Source: Candidatus Bathyarchaeota archaeon
GTDB lineage: Archaea > Thermoproteota > Bathyarchaeia > Bathyarchaeales > Bathycorpusculaceae
Assembly: GCA_963811105.1 (NCBI GenBank)
Contig: CAWEPZ010000011.1
Coordinates: 1,248,001 to 1,312,000, forward strand
DNA length: 64,000 nt
Direction: 5' to 3'
Shown here: positions 40,843 to 50,517 of the stretch, in pieces
Position numbering within the stretch: the first letter of the stretch is position 1
Layout: every line of letters starts with the position of its first letter
Notes under the pieces: model-generated
Databases searched by the model: none
The model's input: the letters and a program-made list of their open reading frames with translations, nothing else
Told to the model about the DNA's origin: nothing
Program-made: the position numbers and the translations under genes

Positions 40843-41583
40843 TTAGCGAATTGCGCGCTTCTTTTTCTGTCCTGGGCCTCTTGCGGCGATCAATCCGACT
40901 TTCTGTCCTGGTGGAGCACCGTGTGAAGTTGTCGTGCATCTGCGTGCGCTTCGTTTGCTGCTACCGTATGGGTGGCAAGCTGGAACCATTTTGCGGCCGC
41001 TTGTTCTCGGGTATTTGTGTCCTTTAGCTTTCATTAAATGGAACATCGAGCCTGCTTTTAGGAAAGGCTTATCAATTCTTCCAGCTGCGGAGACTACGCC
41101 GACAGTTGTTAAGCAGTAATCATCAACGTATCTTGTTCGTCCAGATGGCAAGCGTATCATTGTGCCTTGTGGGGTGTGACCGACAACGGTAGCATATGTG
41201 CCTGAGGACTTTGCCATTTTTCCTCCATCACCTGGACGGAGTTCTAAATCGCAGACTATGGTTCCTTCAGGTACTTTTCCTAAAGGAAGAATGTTGCCTA
41301 TTTCAGCTGGAGCTTTTCCGCCGTAGCAAATTTGTTGTCCAATGAAGACTCCTTCAGGGGTAACGGTGTAGCATGATAGACCATTTTCAAATTTAATCAG
41401 AGATATTGGTGAACCGCTACCAGGATTATGCATAAGATTTTCTATTTTGCCTGACAAAGATGCGTCGAAAGATTGTTTGGGCGCTATAGTAGGGTACTTT
41501 GCAGGAGCAACTCGTTTGTGAGTCGAAGCCCGCCAGTTTTGGCCACCGCGACCACGTCTTTGTACACGAATTCGTTTTCCCAT
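40843..41583 (-). CDS. rpl2p: 50S ribosomal protein L2 (uL2)
   Basis: MGKRIRVQRRGRG, ELRPGDGGKMAKSSG, KPFLKAG and APPGQKVG. Confidence 0.96.
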   Translation of the reverse strand: MGKRIRVQRRGRGGQNWRASTHKRVAPAKYPTIAPKQSFDASLSGKIENLMHNPGSGSPISLIKFENGLSCYTVTPEGVFIGQQICYGGKAPAEIGNILPLGKVPEGTIVCDLELRPGDGGKMAKSSGTYATVVGHTPQGTMIRLPSGRTRYVDDYCLTTVGVVSAAGRIDKPFLKAGSMFHLMKAKGHKYPRTSGRKMVPACHPYGSSKRSARRCTTTSHGAPPGQKVGLIAARGPGQKKKRAIR

Positions 41584-41603
41584 AAGTCATGCCTTCTAAT
41601 AAT

Positions 41604-41864
41604 TTAGAGTATTCCTAGTTTGATTGCGACATCAGAGGCTCTGAATTCAGGAGTAAGCTTGACAAAGGCTTTTTTCACGCCTTGAGGGGTAATAAGCAAG
41701 TTGACTTTGCTTACTTTAACTTCGTAGAGTTCTTCAACCGCTTTTCTTACATCGCTTTTGCCAGCTTTCAAGCTGACTATGAATATGAGTTTGTTGTCTC
41801 GTTCAACCATTAAGCTTGCGGATTCTGTCATTAATGGGTAAGAAATAACTTCATTCGAGTCCAT
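41604..41864 (-). CDS. rpl23: 50S ribosomal protein L23
   Basis: PLMTE, NKLIFIV and KKAFVKL. Confidence 0.96.
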   Translation of the reverse strand: MDSNEVISYPLMTESASLMVERDNKLIFIVSLKAGKSDVRKAVEELYEVKVSKVNLLITPQGVKKAFVKLTPEFRASDVAIKLGIL

Positions 41865-42655
41865 TATTCAGTTTCTCCTTTGCTGTATAGTTTACCTAAG
41901 GATTCAATTGCTCCATTTGTCCAAAGTGTTAAACGTCCTGGATGAGTCCCTGGCGCTAACATTTCAGTGTTAAGGTTAGTGACCGTAGTGACTTCAACTC
42001 CTGGAACGTTGCTTGCAGCATTGGCTAGACTTTTACTCTCAACTACAACAATTAGTGGTCCAACAGCTTGCTTCATTTTTCTGCCTCGATGCTTGCCTTT
42101 GCCCGCACGGACATTTCGGCTATCTCGCACTCGGGTAATATCTTGTATGACACCTAAGCGTGTAAAAGCTTCCTCAACTTCTTTAGCCTTGGTTAAACCC
42201 TCTATCGCATTGTCAATTATCAACGGTATCTGAAGAACATCAGCAATTCTGTGACCACGCGAAGCTACTGTATCTTTCTGTGCAGTAGCTGCAATCGCTG
42301 AAAATAACGCCAATTTAGCTTCTTTCTTTGGGATGCTTCTGAGAATTTTCTTTTCGGCTCTTGGCGGATGAGGCTGTCTTCCCTTAACTGTGCTTGGTGC
42401 AAAAGCTGCTCGACCGCTGCCGCCTTTTATGCGGGGAACTCTTGCTATCGCCATGCCTGTTCCACGTGATTCTGCGGTTGTTCTTTTTCCAGCCATGGGG
42501 TCTCTTCCTTGCGGTTGAATTCTACTGGATTGGATGGCTAAGACTGCACGCTTTATGACGTCTGGTCTTAGCGGTGTGGAGAACACGCGGGGAAGATTGA
42601 TTTTTCCTGTTGGTTCTCCTTGTAAATCGAAAATTTCTGCTGTTTTTGATGCCAT
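41864..42655 (-). CDS. rpl4p: 50S ribosomal protein L4
   Basis: RPDVIKRA, AGKRTTAESRGTG, RAGKGKHRGR and LAPGTHPGRLT. Confidence 0.97.
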   Translation of the reverse strand: MASKTAEIFDLQGEPTGKINLPRVFSTPLRPDVIKRAVLAIQSSRIQPQGRDPMAGKRTTAESRGTGMAIARVPRIKGGSGRAAFAPSTVKGRQPHPPRAEKKILRSIPKKEAKLALFSAIAATAQKDTVASRGHRIADVLQIPLIIDNAIEGLTKAKEVEEAFTRLGVIQDITRVRDSRNVRAGKGKHRGRKMKQAVGPLIVVVESKSLANAASNVPGVEVTTVTNLNTEMLAPGTHPGRLTLWTNGAIESLGKLYSKGETE

Positions 42656-42666
42656 GGCTATTCAAC

Positions 42667-43680
42667 CTATTTTCCTTGTGGAGATTCTAGCGACACATAA
42701 GTAACTTGTGGCGCTGCCTCTGGGATTTCCGTTGGTGGACGTGCAGGAACACGCAAACGAATTTGGCGTTTTTCTGTTCCTGGAATACTGCCTTCCATCA
42801 GTATATATGGGCCTTTTACTTCGCCATATCGGATGTATCCGCCTTTAACGGTCACTTCTTTGCCGTTTTTACCGATTTTTAGTATGCGTTTATTGAATTC
42901 TATGCGTTGGTGATAACCCATTTGTCCAGCTCTTGGGATAGAGTACATGAGGTGGTGCGGGTTCCATGGTCCCAAGGTGGCGATCCCTCGTTTTGTTTTT
43001 CTTCCCTTATGCTGTAGGCAGGTTACTCCCCAACGTTTAACTGGACCTTGGAAACCTTTGCCCACCGTAATTCCTCCTATGTCAATGTATTGGCCATCTT
43101 TGAAGACTTCTTCAGGCGTCACGGTTTTTCCTAAAAGTTGTTTAGCATATTCGAATTGCTGCACTATTGTTCCGCCGCCTAGCTGGATTTCGCATGCTTC
43201 AGGCTTCTTCTTTGAAAGACTGGTTTGCGATGGTTGGGTGGCGGTGATAACTCGAACTACATTTGTTTGTTCGAGGTTTTGCTGCAATTTTTCAAGCATG
43301 GCTTCAGTGTTAAAGGCATCGGGCAAAACCAGAAGTCGACCAAGTATGGCTGGTGGATCTTTCATCCATGCTTCTGATATGTCTTTAAGCCCATATGGCG
43401 TTTTAGTGTATGTTCTAATGCCACAAACAATGATAGGTGGCGTTTCTAGTATAGTTGCTGCTCGCATTACTTCTTTACCAAAATTAGGTGAACGTCTACG
43501 GTCTTCGATTGTAAACACATAGGTCATTCCTGCTTTGTACGCTGAAAAACCTAAAAGCTTTGGAGAATCTGACTTGATTTCTGGCCAATATCGGATTCGG
43601 GCTGTTGGTTTTTTAGCGCGATGCCTAGGTAAGTAGGCTAATGAACCATGTTTTGGAGCATGAGTTTTACGATGTCCCAT
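42667..43680 (-). CDS. rpl3p: 50S ribosomal protein L3
   Basis: YKAGMT, GKGFQGPVKRWG and AGQMGYHQR. Confidence 0.97.
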   Translation of the reverse strand: MGHRKTHAPKHGSLAYLPRHRAKKPTARIRYWPEIKSDSPKLLGFSAYKAGMTYVFTIEDRRRSPNFGKEVMRAATILETPPIIVCGIRTYTKTPYGLKDISEAWMKDPPAILGRLLVLPDAFNTEAMLEKLQQNLEQTNVVRVITATQPSQTSLSKKKPEACEIQLGGGTIVQQFEYAKQLLGKTVTPEEVFKDGQYIDIGGITVGKGFQGPVKRWGVTCLQHKGRKTKRGIATLGPWNPHHLMYSIPRAGQMGYHQRIEFNKRILKIGKNGKEVTVKGGYIRYGEVKGPYILMEGSIPGTEKRQIRLRVPARPPTEIPEAAPQVTYVSLESPQGK

Positions 43681-44050
43681 TGTACTTCAGCTTCGCGCCT
43701 TTAGCAAATATAAAAAGGAGTTATAAACGTTACCATCAGAAATGAGAAAGCGAGTGCCATTGCTATCTGAATGATGTTTGAGCCTTTATCTATTCAGGTT
43801 AAACCAATATCTTGTGTGCCCTTATGCTTTGCGGTCGAAATTTTTAAGATTAGAATTATGGATGTAAAAGTTGCGACTTTCCTTTGAAATTTTTTTTCCA
43901 GATGCTCACTATTACTTTTGATTAGTCAATTTTTGGAGCCTAACTTAATTATCTTAATTTGTATTGGGCTAATGACACTGCAGTCCAATATCGCCTGTTC
44001 TCTTTGGCTGGAAATCTTTTTTACTCTGCTAAGGCAATGGTTCTATTCAA

Positions 44051-44174
44051 GCCGGGGTGGCGGAGTGGTTATCGCGCCAGCCTCGAGAATTGTAAAAAAG
44101 AGGGCTAAGACCGAAAGGCAAGATAGCTGGTGGGCTTAGTGCTCGCAGGGGTTCGAATCCCTTCCCCGGCGCCA
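44051..44174 (+). tRNA. tRNA-Ser(CGA) with 37-nt intervening sequence in the anticodon loop (44088-44124)
   Basis: Acceptor GCCGGGG/CCCCGGC plus G73-CCA, anticodon stem CCAGC/GCTGG, CT-CGA-G, long variable arm TGGGC-TTAGT-GCTCG, T-loop TTCGAAT. Confidence 0.92.
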
Positions 44175-44401
44175 TTTTACCATTTAGAGCCAGGATGAAC
44201 TTGTTATACCAAAATAACCTATATGCTGCCTTATTTACTTATTGCCTTAACACTTTCAATGGCACTCGCGCTATCTGAATTCCCTTCAAATAAGCAAATT
44301 TTATATAAAGGCACAGTCTAAAAAGGAAGATAGATAAACCCCGAAAATCGGGTAGAAAAAAATTTTTCTAAACAAAGTTGTATCCTATTGAAGGTTAAGC
44401 C

Positions 44402-44836
44402 ATGATCTCGGACATTTCCAAAGGAACAGGAACAAAACTCTCCAGAAACGCCATTATACTTGCTATAATGATGATTGCGAACGTCGTGATAATCATCCTC
44501 TTAACTCCAATCGGCTTTGAGACCCGCCCGATATCCTCCTTGAAGACGCTCGGCTACATCGCGATTACTACCATTTTTGTCGGTCTCGCACTGGATCTGA
44601 CGTCAATCGTCCTCCTTCTCTTCAAGAGAGTTAGAGTCAGGTTGGCTTCGAGTCTGACGATCATCAGCTCGGTCCTCTTCTTCCTGATCATTTCGGTAGA
44701 TCGAACCGGTTCTTTCTTCTCGGTACCAACCCCTCCTGCAATTAACACCCTCGAATACCTCTTCACTGCCATACTAATCATAACTGTCTTCATAGCGTCA
44801 TTGGTTTACAGATGGAGTAAGACCTCTTCAAGCTAA
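44402..44836 (+). CDS. Four-TM membrane hypothetical protein
   Basis: 144 aa, LLTPIGFETRP motif, four hydrophobic segments; more C-rich codon usage than the core genes. Confidence 0.75.
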   Translation: MISDISKGTGTKLSRNAIILAIMMIANVVIIILLTPIGFETRPISSLKTLGYIAITTIFVGLALDLTSIVLLLFKRVRVRLASSLTIISSVLFFLIISVDRTGSFFSVPTPPAINTLEYLFTAILIITVFIASLVYRWSKTSSS

Positions 44837-44925
44837 TGACTTCAGTCGAACTCCAAACACAGAACACAGACAGGCCAGCATTTCGACAAATCGGACGGAA
44901 CGCTTTCTTGGATAGTCCTTGAACG

Positions 44926-45078
44926 CTCGATAGCCTCAACTTAGAGAAGCTCGGATTCAAGCATTCAGTACTCGCAGACACAGGCAGACCGTCTTATCAT
45001 CCCTCAGACCTTCTCAAGCTCTACGTTTACGGATACCTCAACCAGGTAAGATCAAGCCGGAAACTGAGAAAGAATTGA
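44926..45078 (+). pseudogene. IS1182-family transposase N-terminal fragment (DUF772 region)
   Basis: Translates LDSLNLEKLGFKHSVLADTGRPSYHPSDLLKLYVYGYLNQVRSSRKL, then stops. Confidence 0.85.
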
Positions 45079-45079
45079 T

Positions 45080-45499
45080 CTAAATTATTTCTGATTCATC
45101 TGTTGTCATAACAGAAAATTTAATTTGTTTGACTGGTTTGTTGGCCTTCAGCCCATCAATCAATTCCTTTAATCGGCTGGTCGGGCCTTTAATTACCATA
45201 ACCTCAAGACAACTAGTATCAGTCAGATGAGAATGAAGATAAGCCGTAATCATATCGCTGAATTCGTGTTGAAGTCTAAACAGTTCCTCGTTCTTTTCTT
45301 CTTTATTATAAAGAACCGAGATAGTGGCGATTACATTGCCTTTTTGTTCATCGAGCTTTTTGTATTCGGTTAAGTAACTTCGGAGCGCTTGTCTGAGGAC
45401 TTCGGATCTAGTTGCAGATTTTTGCTCTCCTAGCACTGCATCTAATTCTTCAAGCAACTCCGTAGGCAATGAAAGACTGATAATGCTCATTTTTGTCAC
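45080..45499 (-). CDS. nikR: NikR-family metal-responsive regulator
   Basis: RHH N-terminus IISLSLP...RSEVLRQALR; C-domain QHEF...LHSHL...CLEV (His/His/His/Cys ligands). Confidence 0.88.
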   Translation of the reverse strand: MTKMSIISLSLPTELLEELDAVLGEQKSATRSEVLRQALRSYLTEYKKLDEQKGNVIATISVLYNKEEKNEELFRLQHEFSDMITAYLHSHLTDTSCLEVMVIKGPTSRLKELIDGLKANKPVKQIKFSVMTTDESEII

Positions 45500-45625
45500 C
45501 TTTCATTATGTTTTATTGTTCCAGTTTAATAAATTGCTCAGCTAAGATGCGTTTATGTCTCGAGGTATTCACTGGTAATTATTATCAGAGGGCTGTTAAA
45601 TCTCAGTTCCTCAGAAAAAACGCTT

Positions 45626-45657
45626 AGTTATTAAAAAAATGGCAAAACTTAATAACT
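45626..45657. promoter_or_regulatory. Putative NikR operator
   Basis: Perfect inverted repeat AGTTATTAA-N14-TTAATAACT (equivalent to TTATTA-N16-TAATAA), about 38 bp upstream of the SBP start codon. Confidence 0.7.
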
Positions 45658-45694
45658 TCTCAAGGCTATGGGCTTTTAGGAAGGAAGTGTTTTC

Positions 45695-46633
45695 ATGAGG
45701 AAAAGAACTTACGTAATAGTCGTAGTTTTGGTAGCAATAATCCTCGCAGGAACTGCTTTAACGTTATATTTTTCAAATAGTACAACGCCCGGCACAAGTT
45801 CAAAATTAAAAGTTGTTGCAACATTTTATCCATTGTATGATTTTGCACAAAATGTAGGGGGCAACAGAACTGACGTCTCAATCCTTGTTCCTGAAACTGT
45901 TGATGTGCATGCTTTTGAACCAACGCCATCTTCAATAGCAGAGGTCTCAAGTGCAGACGTGTTAATTTACGACGGAGCTGGACTAGAACCATGGATTCAA
46001 GACGTAATTAGTGCAGCTGGAAACACAAAACTTATCCAAGTAGACTCAAGCCAAGGAATCAACCTCCTTCCAGTACCATCACAATTTCAAAGAGGTAACC
46101 AAACAATTGACCCTCACATCTGGCTTGATCCCTTAAACGCAAAACAACAAGTAAACAATATTCTTCGAGGATTAATCAAGGCTGACCCTGCTGACAGCCA
46201 GTATTTCACCCAAAATGCACAAGCTTATGACGCTAAATTCGACAACTTGAACTCTTTAGCAATAAACGCCACTACAGACACAGCAACAAAATACTTTGTA
46301 ACCTTCCATGAAGCCTTCGCCTACTTCGCACATCAATATAACGTTACACAGCTTGCGATTTCAGGCCCATTCGAGGAAGAACCAACACCCACTGATATCC
46401 AGAACGTAATTAATGCAATTAACCAATATCACCTAAGATATGTAGGCTATGAATCGCTTGAAAACCAAGCAATATCCCAATCTATCAGCAGCCAAACAAA
46501 CGCGACTCTCATCAACATGAACCCCATCGAAGGGCTGACAACACAAGAAAAAGATAGAGGAGACAACTACATAACTCTCATGCAACAGAACATAAATAAT
46601 ATTCATTTGGCGTTGACTAATGTCGGAACCTAA
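45695..46633 (+). CDS. znuA: Metal ABC transporter substrate-binding protein (cluster A-I, ZnuA/TroA-like)
   Basis: VVATFYPL, VHAFEPTP, DPHIWLDP and HEAFAYF. Confidence 0.9.
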   Translation: MRKRTYVIVVVLVAIILAGTALTLYFSNSTTPGTSSKLKVVATFYPLYDFAQNVGGNRTDVSILVPETVDVHAFEPTPSSIAEVSSADVLIYDGAGLEPWIQDVISAAGNTKLIQVDSSQGINLLPVPSQFQRGNQTIDPHIWLDPLNAKQQVNNILRGLIKADPADSQYFTQNAQAYDAKFDNLNSLAINATTDTATKYFVTFHEAFAYFAHQYNVTQLAISGPFEEEPTPTDIQNVINAINQYHLRYVGYESLENQAISQSISSQTNATLINMNPIEGLTTQEKDRGDNYITLMQQNINNIHLALTNVGT

Positions 46634-47381
46634 ACCAATCGTCGAAATACGCGATCTAAGCGTCAAATATCCAAACGGAGTTATGGCTCTCGAAGGCATA
46701 AACTTAGACGTAAATCAGAAAGACCTGATTGCGCTCATAGGACCTAATGGCGCTGGAAAATCAACACTCCTAAAAGTCATTTTGGGATTAACAAAAGCTA
46801 CAAGCGGCTCAATCAAACTTTTCGGGAGCCCGGACTTAGGTAAAAATCTAAAATATGTCGGTTATGTGCCGCAAAGTGCGCAAGCAAGAGACCCAAACTT
46901 GCCCTTTAGTGTTTATGAGACAGTTATGCTTGGAAGAACTCCAGTTGCAGGGTTATTTCATGGAATGGGCGATAAAGACAGGCAAAAGGTTGAGGAAACG
47001 CTCAAACTCTTTGGAATATATGAGCTTAAAGATAGAAAAATTGGTCAACTCTCAGGTGGTCAATCACAACGTGTTTTCCTGGCAAAAGCGATGGTTGCGG
47101 AGCCCAAATTGCTTTTGCTTGATGAGCCAACTAGCGGGGTAGATACGTCTTCGAAAAAAGAGTTCTATAATATTCTGGATCGCTTAAACAAGGAGCGTGG
47201 GATAACTGTTATTTTATCTTCTCATGACATAGGTGTAATAACAAAGATAGCAAACAGAGTTCTTTGTGTAAACAAGTCACAGTTCTTCTGTGGAGAAAAC
47301 GAAGACTTCTCTGCAAACGTTGAGATTCATAAAATGTACGATCACCCTGTGGAGATTATGGATCATCATGACCATCCTTGA
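46620..47381 (+). CDS. znuC: Metal ABC transporter ATP-binding protein
   Basis: GPNGAGKST, GYVPQ, LSGGQ, LDEPT, SHD and a His-rich C-terminus. Confidence 0.92.
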   Translation: MSEPKPIVEIRDLSVKYPNGVMALEGINLDVNQKDLIALIGPNGAGKSTLLKVILGLTKATSGSIKLFGSPDLGKNLKYVGYVPQSAQARDPNLPFSVYETVMLGRTPVAGLFHGMGDKDRQKVEETLKLFGIYELKDRKIGQLSGGQSQRVFLAKAMVAEPKLLLLDEPTSGVDTSSKKEFYNILDRLNKERGITVILSSHDIGVITKIANRVLCVNKSQFFCGENEDFSANVEIHKMYDHPVEIMDHHDHP

Positions 47382-48207
47382 TGTCCTTTCTTTGCTTCAA
47401 GCACCTTTTATACAACGTGCATTCATCATAAGTATAATTATTGCTATTCTCAGCTCTATCCTAAGCATTTTTATTGTTTTAAAGAAAATCTCATTGATAG
47501 GTGATGGGCTGTCTCACACAGCCTTTGGAGGATTAGCCCTTGGATACTACCTCAGTGTTTTTCCTATTTGGATAGCGGGAATTGTTGTGGTGTTAGGGTC
47601 TATTGGGATCAATAAGGCTTTACGTTCGACAAAGATTTCAGGTGACGCTGCAGTTGCTGTTTTTCTTCAACTTGGTCTTGCAGGAGGCATAACCTTGTTG
47701 AGCCTTGCAAGGGGCTTTGGCGTTAACCTTGAGAGCCTGCTTTTTGGAAGCATCCTGATAGTAAATATGGACCAAATTATAACGGCGGCGGTTGTTGCAG
47801 CAATAGCCCTTGGCATAATTTTTGTATTCTTCAAAGAAATGGTTTACATTACTTTTGATGAAACTCAGGCCCGAGCTGCAGGAATCAAGACATGGGTTTT
47901 TGACTATCTTCTGAGCATTCTCGCCGGTGTGGTTGTAATTATTGCTATACCGATAGTTGGTGTACTCTTAATTTCAGCATTACTTGTGTTACCTGCTTTA
48001 ATAAGCACTCAAATCACAAAATCTTTTAAGCAAACTGTCATCCTTGCACCAATAATTGGCCTTATCACGGTGATATTCGGCATATTGGCATCCGTAATTT
48101 TAGACGCAGCTCCTGGAGGAACAATTGTCCTTGTTGGCTTAGCGATTCTTGCAATAGTTTTTGTGGCAAAAAGAATCCAGAGTGCTATGAATAATCCAGA
48201 AAAATGA
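47368..48207 (+). CDS. znuB: Metal ABC transporter permease
   Basis: GDGLSHTAF, LLFGSIL, TFDE, VGVLLISALLVLP and PGGTIV. Confidence 0.92.
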   Translation: MTILDVLSLLQAPFIQRAFIISIIIAILSSILSIFIVLKKISLIGDGLSHTAFGGLALGYYLSVFPIWIAGIVVVLGSIGINKALRSTKISGDAAVAVFLQLGLAGGITLLSLARGFGVNLESLLFGSILIVNMDQIITAAVVAAIALGIIFVFFKEMVYITFDETQARAAGIKTWVFDYLLSILAGVVVIIAIPIVGVLLISALLVLPALISTQITKSFKQTVILAPIIGLITVIFGILASVILDAAPGGTIVLVGLAILAIVFVAKRIQSAMNNPEK

Positions 48208-48311
48208 GGCTGAATGTAGTAGAAGAATCTTAAAAATTAACAAACACTTAGAAAAAAAGTATGGAGAACACACTGCTGAAAAAAAGCGGTTTCGAACCTT
48301 AGACAGTGTGA

Positions 48312-48450
48312 GTCTCTACCGGGCTCATCCCCAACCAAGCATTTTCCTTATTTTCAAAGCGGCTTACTAGTAAATTGGGGTTCGAATCTCTTCCCCGGCG
48401 CCATTTTTTAGAGCTGATTTCAAGGCTATTTTTTAGAATCAAGTATAATT
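48312..48450 (+). repeat. 139-bp direct repeat, copy 1 (contains att copy 48377-48404)
   Basis: Matches 50518-50656 with 8 substitutions by manual alignment. Confidence 0.92.
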
Positions 48451-48601
48451 TAACCCTATTTAGCATTTCTTTCAAAACAATCCAAATTTGAGAAGGATTT
48501 CTTAATAGTAAAAATTCGCGAATTCGCAACTTAGTTCAATTTAAGGCAAGATCGTTCGATTAGAATTTAGTCGGTGAAGCCGCTGGGTCCCAGACCCAAA
48601 T

Positions 48602-48731
48602 GAGAGTGTATAAAAACTCAAATTAAGTTTTTGAAATTGCGTCTATATCTGAAAACACACCATGAAGCTCCCACCAAATCACAATAAACTTAGTAATTTT
48701 CTGAAGTTGAAATCAGTTTTTACACAGTCTC
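48602..48731. mobile_element. MITE-like element (130 bp) with IS1182-type terminal inverted repeats
   Basis: GAGAGTGTATAAAAACT ... AGTTTTTACACAGTCTC, a 15/17 inverted match, with no ORF inside. Confidence 0.7.
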
Positions 48732-48909
48732 AAAAGGGTTCGAAACCTTTCAAGATTAGTTGGCACGCTGTTATATTTTTTGCCCTGCTATTTTCTTGAT
48801 TAAAATTTAATAAAACCCAAACCAAAATTTTTCATGTAATTCTGTATATATATATTGGATAAGGGTATTATTTAGTTAAATAAGGTTTATTTTTTATAAG
48901 GTTAAAGTT

Positions 48910-50461
48910 ATGCCCGTTAACCCAAATAATTCTAAAGTTTCAAAAGAGCCCACCAAAGCAGCCGTTGTGCATAAGAGCTTGCTTGGAATTAAGAAAAAGT
49001 ATGATGCTCTTTTTAACCAAAACATTAACGGATTGGCTTACTGCAAAACAATATTCGATGACAGCAATCAGCCCATTGATTATGTTTTTCTTGAAGTTAA
49101 CAATGCATTTGAGAAGCAAACGGGTCTAAAAAAAGAAAACGTTGTGGGTAAACACGCAACCCAAATAATTCCAAACATCAAAAATTCAGCTTTCGATTTT
49201 ATAAACATCTACGGTAAAGTTGTGCTTACTGGAGAACCAGTTGAAACCTACCAAGAAGACCTAAAACGTTGGCACTCTGTCTATGTTGTCAGCCCAAAAA
49301 AGACCTTTTTCCTCTCTCTGTTTACAGATATAACAAACCGCAAGCAAGCTGAAGAAACATTAGCTTATCAGGCTGATTTATTGTCAAAGGTTCATGAAGC
49401 GCTTGTTGGCATTGATGCAAACTACATAATTACGTATTGGAATAGTGCTGCTGAAGAAATATTTGGCTGGACAAAAGAAGAAGTACTTGGAAAAAACTCT
49501 GAAGAATTACTGCAAACAAAAATTGAAGGCTCCTCACGCGATGAAGGAATAACTAAGTTGCTGGCGCCGGGTCATTATGAAGGCGAAGTGCAGTATTTAC
49601 GCAAGGATGGTACATACTTTTTTGCTGATGTTAATGCCGTCACCATAAAAGACGCTAATGGGAAACTGCAGGGCATTATGACTGTTGCTCGAGACATTAC
49701 TGAACGTAAGCAGATGGAAGCTAAACTTGAAAGATATAGCAGGCACTTGGAGGATTTGGTTGAGGAGCGAACTAAACAGCTCAGTGATGGTGAACGGTTA
49801 GCTGCTATCGGTCAAACTGCGGGCATGGTTGGACATGACATACGCAATCCTTTGCAGGCTATCACCAGCGATGTCTACTTGGCTAAAACAGAGTTGGCTT
49901 CGACATCTGAAAGTGAAGAGAAAAAAGAACGCATTGGAAAGCTTGGATGAGGTTGAAAAGAACGTAGAGTACATCAACAAGATTGTGGCGGACCTACAAG
50001 ACTATGCGAGATCCATCAAGCCAATGGTACAGGAAACTGACCTGGAGGCGATCATTGAAAATTTGCTGCTAAAGAATGACGCCCCCAAGAACATCAAAGT
50101 CTCTTCCAGCGTAGAGAATGACTCAAAGAAAATCGTGGCTGACCCTGATTTGTTAAAACGGATTCTGTACAACTTGATGACGAATGCTGTGCAGGCTATG
50201 CCGGAAGGCGGAAAGCTAAGCGTCCACGCTTACAGAGACGGCGGCGACTATGTCATAACGGTGAAGGATACAGGTATGGGCATACCAAAAGAAGCGAAAA
50301 GCAAGTTGTTCACGCCGCTGTTCACCACTAAAGCTAAGGGTCAAGGCCTCGGCTTAGCTGTCGTTAAACGGATGACTGAAGCGATAGGCGGCACAGTATC
50401 ATTTGAGAGTCAAGAAGGCAAAGGAACAACTTTCACAGTACGTTTGCCGACTTTGAATTGA
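48910..50461 (+). pseudogene. PAS-PAS sensor histidine kinase, frameshifted
   Basis: PAS/PAC motifs and H-box GHDIRNPL in ORF1; N, G1, F and G2 boxes (NAVQA, DTGMG, FTTK, GLGL) in ORF2. One extra A in the A6 run at 49921-49926. Confidence 0.85.
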
Positions 50462-50517
50462 CATTCAAACTTAGAAAACTGTTTTTGCTTAGTAGACTCG
50501 AACTCGAAACGGTTAGG

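Noticed and set aside
44084-44110. Alternative anticodon GCT (Ser) or TAA (Leu) within the intervening sequence
   Set aside because: BHB pairing is worse for GCT, and the acceptor stem and G73 indicate Ser rather than Leu.
43918-44139. 73-aa ORF
   Set aside because: It overlaps tRNA-Ser on the same strand and has no protein motifs.
48281-48340. Hammerhead-like GATGAG...CGAAAC on the minus strand
   Set aside because: It lacks the CUGAUGA core and stems I/III, and the GAAA part is not kept in the second repeat copy.
48299-48529. 76-aa ORF containing WRRGRDSNP
   Set aside because: This is the typical antisense translation of a tRNA 3' end (att copy).
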